Notes under the pieces: model-generated
The model's database searches: none
Told to the model about the DNA's origin: nothing
What the model saw: only the letters and a program-made list of their open reading frames with translations
NCBI RefSeq assembly: GCF_006345805.1
Contig: NW_021833559.1
Span: 1-28,214 of the forward strand
DNA: 28,214 bases
DNA from: Octopus sinensis
Lineage: Eukaryota
Reading direction: 5' to 3'
Position numbers and translations under genes: made by a program
In this document: one piece after another, positions 10,309-22,953 of the stretch
Layout of the letters: each line of letters opens with the position of its first letter
Position numbering within the stretch: position 1 is the stretch's first letter

Positions 10309-12827
10309 CCATAACGAACATATCATGTTCAATACTGAACATATCAGAAAGCGAGACCGCAAAACTATCAAAGATACAGTAGCCGACATTTTTTACCTTT
10401 CTGACTCATGATAATAATACACCATAATGCTCTTAAAAATCAATGCAAGGAAGAATGCATGGAGAATTTTATCTTTTCCAACTATTTACAACTAAAGAAC
10501 GGAGTACTGCGAAGAAGTATCGAACCAATTTAATAAGATCAGCAATCGAATACGTAGCTAACAAACTCTTAACATACATGGCATATCCTAATATAATGTA
10601 TATGATTACGTTATCATTGTATTTTGCTGCATTTACTATTTGAGAATGGTAGAAATCAATCGAATTATATGCAACACGTCATGGCAATTTATTTTTATTT
10701 TCCTCGTACAAATAAATAAATGAATGAATGAATGAATGATTAAATAAATAAATAAATGAATAAAAATAATAGAAATTTTAAGCAATAGACAAACAACGGT
10801 GACATTTTAAACGCTTAGTCCTAACATTAATTGCAAAGTGAATAAATTAATTCACATTCACTAATTACAACTTAAAAATAAATTATTCAAAATTTACGTT
10901 GCACTGTCGATTAGGGATACATTGCGGCAATGTGATATACTCTAATCTTGAATTTTGTTTATCATCAACTCTGTCATGTTGCTAAAGCATGGATCGTTGG
11001 ATTTTCTTGTGCCACATTGCAGGAAATAACATCTGAACGTTCGTTCATTTAACTATAGCTAGATGTTGTGAAGGTAGGAAAACAGTTTTTTTCTTTTCTT
11101 TTCTTTTTTGTTAAAGGAAACATAAAAAAAAAGTAGTATGTGAGAAATGTCAACTGTCTCAATCGACCATTATGTTGAATAATTGAAAGTAACTTTTGCA
11201 GAAAAATGCTGGAAGCTAGCAATATTCAAGCATAAGTTTACTTTACATTCAGAAATCTTACAAAGCAGTAAGGTAGATCATAATACCTTTTAAATGAATT
11301 CTCTACTTTAAGAACATCTAATGTTACAACGTGGGAAAATATAGAATATAAGTATAAGATATTAAAGCAATAAGCACAAAAGATGTATTTTGAAAGCATT
11401 TCCTCGGAACATTCATAACATTGTACTAGTCTCATATTTGAAAACTTACAAATTAAGGAATCAACCTTGTGACGATGGGAGCAGTTAATCAAATACTAGG
11501 GGCATGTTAGTAAAAACTGTGACATGATTTACATAATACTACTAAATACAATAGCAATTGCTCTAAATCACTAATAATTATTACTAGTGAGCTATTTAAT
11601 CTTCACAGTATGTAATATTCTTGCACTTTCTTTTCCGATGAATAAAAATTAATCTAATACAGAACTATAAATCGATTGCATACGTAAGTATAGCATATAG
11701 AGTTAGTACCAGTTGCTTGAATAAAACTCTTCGATCCCATGGTGGAAAATATGGTTACTAAGGAAGAAGTGAATAGTCAGAAGATTGTCTAGAGTTGTTT
11801 ATAACTGCCTCTCAGATACAAAACAGTTCACAGTGATTTGAAAAAGATGTGCTTACTACTAGATTTGCAGCTACTAAAGTAACAATGTAACCTACAAACT
11901 TAATAAAAGTAATTGTTTTAGAAAGTTCATCTCTCTATGTTTCTACTTATCATAACAATCAATCAGTTATGGATCATTACAATTCCCTATTTAGTTCTGC
12001 AAGTGCTTGTATAATTAATGTTACTCGTACTTTTTGTAGCAGATTTATATCTGCATAGAATTAATTTTTGTTGCTCCGCTCAGAATGGCAATAAGATTAT
12101 AAAATATTAAAAGACATGAGAATTCGGTGAGGAAAAAAAAGTTCCTTTCTGGCAATAATTTATGCTTAAAATTAGAAAATTTAACCTTCCCTTTTACTTT
12201 TCAACTACTACAATTATGATGGAATCGATAAGAACATGAAAAAGAAGTATTGTAGCTAAACCTGGAATGTGTAGTAGTTGTAGATGTTTGACATACCATA
12301 ATTTCATATCCCATAATGCTTTGTTGTAAAACATTTTGTTGATACTCAAATGGATGCTGTAAGAAATCCACAATTTGGATCAATACAAGGAAGATATTGA
12401 CCACTAGAGGCAACTTAGAAACCGACAAAGTGACAGAGAAGAAACAAATTTAATGTAGAAAGTTCTGCACGCTACGCCTTATCATTCGGAGATAACTGAA
12501 ATAGTAAGGAAGTCTTCACAATCAAGAACAAAAATAACATCCTTATAGTTCTAGAACATGATAAAGATATAGGTTGTAATGCAAACAAAGCCGAACTGGT
12601 TTATAAGAACGGTGTCTTTTCAGAGAAGCATTTGTGCAGAGGTTCATATATCAAACATAGCACTAATATTGAGAAATTAATCTCAGCTTTGGGTATATTA
12701 CACTTCACTTAGAGACGATTAGTTTGTTATTCTGGAATAGGCTTGGGATAAAAGATATGCACATACCATGAAATGTTGACTACCTATTACAGTCCCTGGT
12801 AACTTAGAGCTATGCGGCCATTGCAGA

Positions 12828-12992
12828 ATGAAATACATCGTTGTTACAAGTGGTCGTATTTTCTTATCTGCAGATATCTCAGTGCATGATGCCAAAACCG
12901 ATATATTTAACGGGAACTTTCTGCACTATGATATTACCATAGATGGAAGAAACTTCCGGAGGCTACACTTGCAATCATCGAACATCAGCTGA
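12828..12992 (+). mobile_element. Possible L1/Tx1-like APE endonuclease remnant
   Basis: MKYIVVTSGRIFLSADISVHDAKTDIFNGNFLHYDITIDGRNFRRLHL resembles the GV.IL...D..GR.l.v.i.i.g..f.l.n.Y segment of L1/Tx1 endonucleases. The YAP and GDFN motifs were not found. Confidence 0.3.
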
Positions 12993-13429
12993 ACCCTTTC
13001 TAGCTCATACCGTTCTTATAACTCTTTACAGCCCATGCATCATGAAACTGTTCTTCATGAGTGTACTACTATAAAAAAGATCCACCTATTTCTAAGACAT
13101 GCTGTGATAAAAATAGCTAACTGTGCCATTATCAGCATCTCAGTAAACGTGATTCTTACAAAATCATCTCCAAATAGTGTGTAGATTTGAAAATACATCT
13201 TGCGATAGTATCAATAGGTAGGAGTGTATTAATACGTACTAAAAGGAAAAAAAAAACGTACAATACAGTACCATGGTAACAGTTTCGAACATTTAACCGA
13301 ACATCATTGACAGAGCAGAAGATGTTTTGATTTTATTTAGAATTAATTTATTTAGAAGAATTATTTGTATGATCTAATAAGTGCAAACATTTCTCATCTA
13401 ACCTTCGCCTTCTACTTTCTTTTGTATTA

Positions 13430-13625
13430 TCTATCTACCTACCCTACCTACCTACCTACCTACTTACCAACCAACCAACCAATCTACCTACCTACCTACC
13501 TACCTACCTACCTACCTACTTACCTACCTACATACATACATACCTCCCTACCTCCCTACCTACATCGCTACCAACCTACCTCCCTACTCATCTATCTGTC
13601 TATCTATCTCTGTGTGTGTATGTGT
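13430..13625. repeat. (CTAC)n/(CCAA)n/(CTAT)n/(TG)n compound microsatellite
   Basis: Directly visible. Confidence 0.9.
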
Positions 13626-13627
13626 GT

Positions 13628-14420
13628 GTATGAGGCCTTTGAAAGCGTCGAGATAAACGCAGTGTTCAAAATCGGACATCAAGGACATTAACTGGATAGG
13701 TGACGTGAGCATCATTGGTGAGCAACTAAAAGACCTTCGATTCACAGATGACATTGCACACATCGCTAAAACCAGAGACCAGCTGCAGACCAAGATGAGA
13801 GAACTGGACTGCACACTCAGAGCTTAGCAGTAGATCTTAAAACGAATCGCTTGAAAACAAAATATATGCTGTCGGAAGACGCAACACAAAGCCGAATAGA
13901 TGCTGAAGTCTCAAAGAGAATAAAGGCAGAATGGAAGATACTTAACTCAATAAACGATGTGCTCAAAACAAAGCTAGACAATACCATACATGCCAGACTC
14001 TTCAATAACAACGTCCTTTTAGCGCTCCTATACGCAAGTAAGACTTGGGCTACTACGTATGTATACGAAGAGAACGGAATATCGATAGGCTACGATTGGC
14101 AAAGGGCCGTGGCAAGATTCAAGCTGGGAATATGATTACGAGAGTATATTCGAAATATGATAATTCGACAAAGAAACTGGGTGAATCATGTGATTGTAGA
14201 TAACCGAAAGCAAAAGTACCGCTAGGCCGGACATGTCACAAGTTCACAGATAACAGGTGAAGCCGTGCATTTGCCGAATGATATCCAAGAGATTGGAAAA
14301 GGTCAGTGCAAAGGCCTCCGCGACGTTTGGAAGACGATGTGGTTAAGCAATTTCGATCAAGGTGGAGAACAATGGCCCAATCAAGACAGAATTGGAAGCG
14401 CATTGTAACCAGCGGTTTAT
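13628..14420 (+). mobile_element. RTE-clade non-LTR retrotransposon, 5'-truncated and internally deleted RT/C-terminal remnant
   Basis: YEAFESVEINAVF; GEQLKDLRFTDDIAHIAKTRDQLQ (RFADD motif, 13738-13752); KTKYM; EVSKRIKAEWKILNSINDVLKTKLDNTIHARLFNNNVLLALLYASKTWATT; R*AGHV..DNR*SRAFAE*YPRDWKRSVQRPPRRLEDD. Stops and frameshifts are present. Confidence 0.9.
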
Positions 14421-14449
14421 AAGAGTATCCGATGCTTAAGAAGATACTA

Positions 14450-14629
14450 TGACATATATGTACACACAGACACACATAAAATACACACGCATAAACGGAC
14501 ACACGCACAGAAGGGCGATATATATATATATACACATACGCACACACATATATACACACACTTACAAGCATAAGCGCACGCACGGCGACTGAACTAGAGA
14601 ACCATGTAAATACACGTGTCCATGTGATA

Positions 14630-14665
<36 letters not shown>

Positions 14666-14839
14666 ATGTGTTGTCTCCATGAAAATGTCACTGCATGTGC
14701 GTATATGTATGTAAATATATGTGTGTGTGTGCGTGTCTGAGTATATATGTATATACGTGTGTAAATGTGCGTACGCGTATACATACATACAGACATATAT
14801 ACATTCATACATACATAGATACATACATACATACATACA

Positions 14840-14913
<74 letters not shown>

Positions 14914-15165
14914 ATATATACATATATACATACATATATACATACATATATATATGTATATATCTATCTTTATATATATATAATATGTATGTAATATATA
15001 TATAATATAAATACATATACATATGTATATCTATATTCAGAGAGACAGAAGGGGGAGAAGGAGAAAGGGAGCGAAAGGGGGGAAAAAGAGAGACATACAC
15101 ACACGTGTTTATATTTACTTATATGTATATCTATCTATATGTCTGTCTCTCTCTCTCTCTCTATA

Positions 15166-15217
<52 letters not shown>

Positions 15218-15223
15218 TGTGTG

Positions 15224-15254
<31 letters not shown>

Positions 15255-15255
15255 A
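14450..15255. repeat. Compound microsatellite field (CA)n/(CATA)n/(TA)n/(TG)n
   Basis: Directly visible; source of many spurious ORFs. Confidence 0.9.
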
Positions 15256-15316
15256 ATGGATGTGTATATTTTTCCTTTGTTTACAATTAACACGGAAAAA
15301 ATAGATAAACAGTTAC

Positions 15317-15358
15317 CAGATCAGCAAAAAATCACACAAGTAATAAGGACGTAACACC
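15317..15358 (-). CDS. Candidate internal exon (42 nt, phase 2-2)
   Basis: tttctacctttacaaacag|GGTG...ATCTG|gtaact. The single open frame is [13 protein letters not shown](W). It is a non-repetitive island between microsatellites. Confidence 0.33.
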
Positions 15359-15404
15359 CTGTTTGTAAAGGTAGAAACTATGGGTTGATGTGAAATATTT
15401 TGTG

Positions 15405-15537
15405 CATATATATATATGTATATATGTATGTATATATATATGTATATATATATATATGCATATATATGAATGCATATGCACGTATGCATGTGCCTTTGTG
15501 TTTATATGTATGTTTCTCTCTCTTTCTTTTTCTCTCT

Positions 15538-15589
<52 letters not shown>

Positions 15590-15650
15590 GCATATATGTA
15601 TATATATATATATATATGTATTTATGTATGTATGAATATATGTATATTTA
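15405..15650. repeat. (TA)n/(TATG)n/(CT)n microsatellite field
   Basis: Directly visible. Confidence 0.9.
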
Positions 15651-16124
15651 ATTCAATATGTATAAAAATATATCTATCTATATTTTACATAACCACACAT
15701 ATAGTTACATAAGAACAACCATACACACATCCTTACATAAAGACAATCACACACATGTAATCACTTGGCGCGATAGATACTTATAATCACTTATCGTAGT
15801 GCCACCTGATGTCTGTTATATATTTTATTATTTTCTACAACGTCATCTGTTATGTTTTGTCATAATATGTCACACGTAAAGCAATCCTAGTTGTTGCACC
15901 TTAAGAAGAATGATTTGAAGAAACGCTCTGATACAAACACACAGACTCTCTCCCCACTTCGCTCTCTCACTCTCACACACACACACAGACACACACACAC
16001 ATACAGACACATGCACACACGCACACACACAACAATGCAGATATATATGCATATATGCATGTGTACATGTGTCTGATAAATATGTTAGAAGATGGAAGAC
16101 CAGAGGGAGAAAAATATATAATCA

Positions 16125-16367
16125 TTGCACACATACATACGTACATGCGTACCTGCATATATACATACATACGTACATATATACATACCTGTATGTCTGT
16201 CTATATGTATGTGTGCGTGTACGTATGGATGTATGTATGTATGCATATATGTGTATATATGTACGTGTGTATGTATATATGCATGCATATATATGTGTGT
16301 GTGTATATATATATATATGTATGTATGTACGTATGTATGTATGTATGTATGTATGTATGTATGTATG

Positions 16368-16400
<33 letters not shown>

Positions 16401-16418
16401 TGTATGTATGTATGTATA
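16125..16418. repeat. (CATA)n/(TATG)n microsatellite field
   Basis: Directly visible. Confidence 0.9.
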
Positions 16419-17429
16419 CGCCCATCATCACACAAATTACTGAAGAACTAATTCAGCTTGATTGCATAAATAAAAATCAAGTAAATATTTATTTTATCCG
16501 AGAATTTGTAATTGATAGCAATGCAATTTCATAGAAGAACAGGAGAAAAATTGAAATTCAGTTATTATTCAATTAAATAAGGCTGAATTTTTAAAAGAAA
16601 TTCAATATAATTGAAAGTAAAATAGGCGAAATTTACTTTTACAAGCAAATATTAGCAAAACGTCAATGAACGGTAGGTAAACGAGGTGATTTATGTATTG
16701 TCACATGCATAGATAATTCTTTGTACAAGTATTATTGTATGTGTTTAGATATAGATGTATAATTATTTATGCCTATTTGTGTGTGTGTGTGTGTGTGCGT
16801 GTGTGTGTGTTTGTGTGTATACATATACATATATAGGTTAAGATATGTGTCTGTTAACCAGCCGGTTAAGTATTTTTATATACGTAAATATATGTATGGT
16901 GTGGCCATACAAGTAAATATGATTTTTAGCATGTAGAAGCATTCGTGTATCTATATGCATGCATGGATTCACATAACACACATACACATACACACATGCA
17001 CACACATACATACACACACATACACAAAATAATTTGCGTTACAGATGTATATGCATGTGCGATCTACCTGTATGCCTTTCTATATATGTACATGCGTATT
17101 TGCTATCGAAAGTACATCTTTATGATCTACACACATAAACGTATCAAGTGTCTTCCATTTTTTTCTTTTCAAGCAAAACCATATTTAAAGTTGATTCATA
17201 TCTAGAATAATTCAGAGATGGAAAATTATACATTACTTCTTGGAGATTATATAGATATATACTTATGAATTTTAAGAATACCTCTTAGGTCTAAAAATAT
17301 ATTTGCGTAGACATGAAAACACACGCACACACACACACATACACCCCACATGTCTCTTCTTATGTATAAAAAGAGTCATATATATATACTTAAACACAAA
17401 GATGCGCGCGCTCATACACACATATATAT

Positions 17430-17623
17430 TTACATGTTCATATGTCTATATATATATGTGTGTGTGTATGTGTGTGCCATTGAATATATATGTATGTATA
17501 TATATATATATATATATATTTATTATATATATATATATGCCTATATATATATATATATATATATATGCCTATATATATGCCTATATATATGTGCCATTGA
17601 ATATATATGTGTATATATATATA

Positions 17624-17662
<39 letters not shown>

Positions 17663-17800
17663 TATATATGTATATAATATATGTATATATATGTGTTGTA
17701 CGTATATATATATATTATATATATATATATAATATATATATATGTATTATATGTATGTATATATATATATATTATACTATATAATATATATATATATAAG

Positions 17801-17870
<70 letters not shown>
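17430..17870. repeat. (TA)n field with a local 117-bp-period duplication
   Basis: tgtgccattgaatatatatgt occurs at 17473 and 17590 within a TA-rich tract. Confidence 0.85.
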
Positions 17871-17874
<4 letters not shown>

Positions 17875-17999
17875 GCACAGATGAGTTGAGGTTCACAAAA
17901 CTGTTTCAGACATGTTCTTTATTGATGATCAAAACAATTACATCGTGTAAAAAATATACACAAATTGTATATAATGCGTATTGACCCTCCCAACTGAGA

Positions 18000-18104
18000 C
18001 ATACATACATACATACATACATACATACATACATACATACATACGGACGTACGGACTGACGGACGGACAGATAGACAGACAGACATATAGACAGATAGGT
18101 AGAC

Positions 18105-18165
<61 letters not shown>

Positions 18166-18190
18166 TAGATAGATAGATAGATAGACAGAT
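18000..18190. repeat. (CATA)n-(GACG/GACA)n-(GATA)n tetranucleotide series
   Basis: Stepwise change of the 4-mer unit is directly visible. Confidence 0.9.
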
Positions 18191-18919
18191 AAAAGAGAGT
18201 TGCTCAGTTATTGACGTTGAAAATAGTATTGAAATTTAATTATATCGATCTTGTATAACATTTTATCCGCAAATACTTTGCACACATGCATGAAATGTTT
18301 ATGAAATCTACATCGTCTAAAAATTAAAATTTTGTGGATTACCACACACACTCACACATACACATGCATACAACACACGCAAACACAATCACAGACGTGT
18401 GCCTGTGTGTTGGTGTATATATATATATATAATATACATACATATACATATATATGTGCACACACGCGCGCACACACACACGCACGCATGTATATACACA
18501 TTTATATGTGCATGTAACTACATACATATATACATACATACATACATACATACATACATACATACAGTTCTGAAAGTAATGGAAGGAAGTCCTAGATTCG
18601 AATCCCGCTTGTAGCATTATCATTTATATTTGCATTATACAACAGTAAACTTTCTCAAGCAGCATCCTAAACAAATCAATAAATCAATCAATTTATTTAT
18701 CTCTTTATATGTATACATTTTCACACACACACAGACAAACACACATACACTCACACAGATATCATTATCTGTCCGCGTGCATGTATGCTTGCATGCATCT
18801 ATGTTTGTTTGCTTGTATGTACATGTGTGTGTGTATGTGTATGTGTGTGTGTGTGTATGTGTGTGTGTGTGTGTGTGTGTGCCTGTAAGTATACATGCAC
18901 GGTTTTATCTGCATCTTAC

Positions 18920-18997
18920 TGCATACCGTTGCACAGCATTTCGTGTCGCTGTTCTTGGACATTAACTCAGTCGTGGCAGGATAGATATTAGTCTGGA
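18920..18997 (-). CDS. Candidate exon (78 nt, phase 1-1; alternative 18927-18992, 66 nt, phase 0-0)
   Basis: ccttcag|TCCAG...TATGCA|gtaaga (alternative donor ACG|gtatgc). GC-richer island; frame QTNIYPATTELMSKNSDTKCCATVC. Confidence 0.2.
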
Positions 18998-19180
18998 CTG
19001 AAGGTTTCAGCGTGCACACCCACAACAAAATATACATGTATTCAAACGCACTGACGCCTCTTCTTCACACACATACACAGACGGATACAGACGCGTATAC
19101 ACACATATGCCTGCATAGAAATTCATACATACACACACACACTCAAATACACATATACATATATGTATATATATGAATAC

Positions 19181-19568
19181 TTTTTTACTCTTTTACTTGT
19201 TTCAGTCATGTGACTATGGCCATGCTGGAGTACCGTCTTTAATCGAGCAAGTCAACCCCAGGACTTATTCTTTGTAAGCCTTAGTACTTATTCTATCGGC
19301 CTCTTTTGCCGGACGTAAACACACCAGCATCGGTTGTCAAGCGATGTTGGTGGCGGTAGTGGGGGGACAAACACACACACACACACACATATCTATACAT
19401 ATATGCGACGAGTTTCTTTCAGTTTCCGTCTACCAAATCAACTCACAAGAATTTGGTTGGCCCGAGGCTATAGTAGAAGACACTTGCCCAAGGTGCCACG
19501 CAGTGGGACTGAACCTAGAACCATGTAGTTCGTAAGCAAGCTACTTACCACACAGCCACTCCTACGCC
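19181..19568 (-). mobile_element. Octopus-type SINE, full length
   Basis: Reverse complement of the 2246 and 22413 family, from head (ggcgtaggagtggctgtgtggtaag) to tail (gactgaaacaagtaaaagagtaaaa), with an internal (TG)n. Confidence 0.9.
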
Positions 19569-19783
19569 AATATAGATATATATTCTATATATACACACAT
19601 ACATACATATATATATGATATATGATACATATATATATATATACATACATATATATACACACACACATATATATACATATATATGATATATATATATATA
19701 TATGTATATATACACACGTATATAATTGTTATGGGTGATCCTGTTTGAAATCTGAAGGACGATAATTAAATTAATATACTCAC

Positions 19784-19847
19784 TACATCAAGTAGGGCAT
19801 ATATTAATTCATTTAATGACTCTTCATATATATTTTTTTTTGCATTC
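19784..19847 (-). CDS. Candidate exon (64 nt, phase 2-0)
   Basis: Strong donor GTA|gtgagt and weak acceptor ttccgcag|G; frame NAKKNIYEESLNELIYALLDV. Confidence 0.18.
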
Positions 19848-19996
19848 CTGCGGAATTCTTCTCAAACTGGGAAACTATGTGTGCGTGTGCGCACGCGCAT
19901 ATTGCCTACATACATACATACAAGCGGGACTTTTATACATTTTACGGATTGCTCGAAGCTTACTATCTTCCTACACTTTGATCCTTTACTTTTATG

Positions 19997-20059
<63 letters not shown>

Positions 20060-20111
20060 TTATCTATCTATCTGTCTGTCTATCTATCTATCTGTCTATC
20101 TATCTAATATC

Positions 20112-20195
<84 letters not shown>

Positions 20196-20208
20196 CAGAT
20201 AGATAGAT
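19997..20208. repeat. (TAT)n, (CTAT)n, (TA)n and (TG)n microsatellites
   Basis: Directly visible. Confidence 0.95.
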
Positions 20209-20472
20209 AACGAATGCCAGGATGTATGGAATGAATATATTTATTTCAGCAGCTGATATCCATAAGATTACAATCATTTTGCTGACAACATCATAGAAAA
20301 ATAATTTATTTTAGTGTATAATGAATTATTTTACATGTCTGCATTAGTTTATATGTTATAAATTCATAGTACTGTTGTACATTTTACAAGCTAATTCATG
20401 TATAAAAGGCTAGCCCTTCAGACTCTGAGCAACGGTTGTGATAATTTTGTAGCTTTAATAAAAAGTATATTA

Positions 20473-20802
20473 CTCTACTCTATTTTCTATTGTTGACTTT
20501 AAGACCCCCTAATATGGGCCTTAACTCCCACTTTTTAGAGTCCATGTGCTCCATTTTTCAGGAGCAAAATCCTTTGAATGGGTTTTATAAAATTTGGATT
20601 TTGGAATCTGGGTATAAAGATGAGTAGTATGGGATAAATATGTCATGATTAGAATTTTTGTTAGAAAGAACCCCCATTAAAATTCTTAATCTCCAATTTT
20701 GATGAAATTCGAATCATAGGTATTCCTGTTCATTAGAGAAAATATAAAAGTCTAATTCTGGAAGTCCATGTGACACAGGCAACGCCGGGTATCTCAGCTA
20801 GA
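20473..20802 (-). mobile_element. Helitron/HINE-like non-autonomous element
   Basis: Minus-strand 5' end tctagctgagatacccggcgttgcc and a putative 3' end ...atagagtagag near 20473. Confidence 0.45.
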
Positions 20803-20879
20803 ATATGTATGTGTGTGCGTGTGTGTGTGTGAGTGTGTGTGTGTGTATACATACATATATATGAGGGACAAAGTAAGAG

Positions 20880-20892
20880 AACGAGAAAGAGG

Positions 20893-20953
<61 letters not shown>
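20880..20953. repeat. (GA)n microsatellite
   Basis: Directly visible. Confidence 0.95.
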
Positions 20954-21109
20954 TGACAAGCAGATAGATTCACTGAATATCTCGTGGACAGAATCTAAAC
21001 GGAAATTTATGGATACTGTGTATGTGCGTGCATATACACCCATATATTTGCTTACATATATAGGGACCAGCATTTGTAAGATGTACGTCATTGCGACAAA
21101 AATGGGCAT

Positions 21110-21536
21110 CTTTTGTCTTTTAGTTGTTTCAGTCATTAAACTGTGGTCATGCTGGGTTACTACTTTAAAGAAGTTTAGTCAAATAAATCAACCCTAGTAC
21201 TTATATTTTAAAACCTGGTGCATATTCTACCGGTCTCTTTTGCCGAACCACTATGTCGCGGAGATGTAAACACCAATACCAATTCTCAAGTGGTGGAGGT
21301 GTTGTGTGTTGAGGAGGCAAACACAGACACAAAAACACGAACACACACACACATATATATATAAACGACGGGATTCTTTCAGTTTCCGCCTACCAAATCC
21401 ATTCACAAAGCTTTAGAAGACACATGTAGAAGGCACATGCCCAGGATTACGCATGCCCAGGATTACACGCAGTGAGACTGAACCAGGACTGTGTGGTTTG
21501 GAAGCAAAATTCTTACAACCCAGCCACGCCCACGCC
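21110..21536 (-). mobile_element. Octopus-type SINE, full length, diverged
   Basis: Same head and tail blocks as 19181-19568, with a 14-bp internal duplication atgcccaggattac at 21437 and 21453. Confidence 0.85.
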
Positions 21537-21789
21537 TATATGTCTAAAATTTCCAACTATTTTCACTAAAGTTTAATATTTACAGATCTCGAACTGTTAC
21601 AATCTTCTAGTAGTAAATATGAAATTTTGTTCAAATACCTCATTTTAATCATTGAACACATTAATCAAAGATGAGTAAAGATTCATGTGTTCATCTTCGT
21701 ATTCCCTGTTAAAGCTCAAAGGTTATAGAGGCATTGTAACGTTAGATCCTACATAATTAAGCAGTGTCACAAACCACAAGGGGCATTAC

Positions 21790-21985
21790 TGCTGTAACTC
21801 AGCTTCAGTTGTCACCTTTTGTCTGTTAGCTGTCTGCAAAATGTGTCCTCTCCATTTACAATTCTCCTTAATCTCGTCTCGTATGGAGCATGTCTATAAC
21901 TTCGAATAATTTCCCCGTGTACACTTTAGTCATGCAATGTTGTATGCAATCCTCCTCTGGAGAGGCGTAGTCAGCCGTTGAAACG
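21790..21985 (-). mobile_element. Possible old RTE-like LINE 3' remnant
   Basis: Minus-strand peptide ...LQRRIA...TCSIRDEIKENCKWRGHILQ resembles the LR.I..I.W...SI...I..R.W.W.GH.LR C-terminus of RTE elements. Confidence 0.3.
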
Positions 21986-21999
21986 GATACAGGTTTCAC

Positions 22000-22040
22000 C
22001 TACACATGTTGATGCTGAACATAATCCGCATCAAGTTGAA
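22000..22040 (-). CDS. Candidate internal exon (41 nt, phase 0-2)
   Basis: gcatgtcctcccaaacag|TTCAAC...GTGTAG|gtgaaa. The single open frame is FNLMRIMFSINMC(R); phase-compatible with 15358. Confidence 0.22.
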
Positions 22041-22124
22041 CTGTTTGGGAGGACATGCAAATATATATGAGTATTTCAATCTCTCCGTTATCTATCATAC
22101 AAAAACTTTTATATTCTTATATCT

Positions 22125-22320
22125 ATTGATGTTATTTGACTGTGGCCATGCAGGAGCACCACCTTTAGTCGAGCAAATCGACCCCAGAACTTATTCCTTG
22201 TAAGCCTAGTACTTATTCTATCGGTCTCTTTTGCCGAACCGCTAAGTTACAGGGACGTAAACACACCAGCATTGGTTGTCAAGCGATTTGGGGGGGACAA
22301 ACACAGACACACAAACACAT
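22125..22320 (-). mobile_element. Octopus-type SINE, 3' half only
   Basis: Reverse complement of the tail block; ends in (CATA)n(TA)n where the head should follow. Confidence 0.85.
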
Positions 22321-22355
22321 ACATACATACATACATGCATACATACATACATACA

Positions 22356-22387
<32 letters not shown>

Positions 22388-22412
22388 ATATATATATATA
22401 TATATATATGTC

Positions 22413-22901
22413 GGCCTAGACATGGCTGTGTGGTAAGAAGCTTGTTTCCTAACCAGCTGGTTCTAGAGTCAGTCCTACGGCGTGGCACCTTGGGGAAGTG
22501 TCTTCTATAGCCTCGGGCAACCAAAGCTTTGTGAGTGGATTTGGCAGACGGAAACTGAAAGAAGCCCGTCATATATATATATATATATATATCTTATATA
22601 TATATATATATATGTTTTTGTGTGTTGTATGTGTGCCTGCGCGCTCGCGCGTGTGTATATATATGTGTGCATGTGTGTCTTTGTGTCTATGTTTGTCCAC
22701 TCTCACCACTTGACAACTGGTGTTGATGTGTCTACGTCCTCGTAACTTAGCTTTCGGCAAAAGACACCGATAGAATAAGTACTAGGCCTACAGAATATAA
22801 GTTCTGTGGTGGATTTGTTCGATTAAAAAAACTTCAAGGTGGTGCTCCAGCGTGGTCGCTGTCAAATGACTGAAACAAGTAAAAGAAAAAAAGAATAAAA
22901 G
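22413..22901 (+). mobile_element. Octopus-type SINE, full length, with expanded internal (TA)n(TG)n
   Basis: Head ggctgtgtggtaagaagc...gaaactgaaagaagcccgtc and tail ...ggcaaaagacaccgatagaataagtactagg...gtcaaatgactgaaacaagtaaaag. Confidence 0.9.
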
Positions 22902-22922
22902 TATATATGTACACACATACAT

Positions 22923-22953
<31 letters not shown>

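Noticed and set aside
11023-11073. Plus-strand exon-like segment (cattgcag|GAAAT...GAAG|gtagga)
   Set aside because: There are stops in all three frames; at most a non-coding or pseudo-exon.
14224-14282. Three conserved RTE Trp codons changed to TAG/TGA (apparent G-to-A hypermutation)
   Set aside because: There are too few events, neighbouring TGG codons are intact, and Trp codons are the easiest to mutate to stops under neutral decay.
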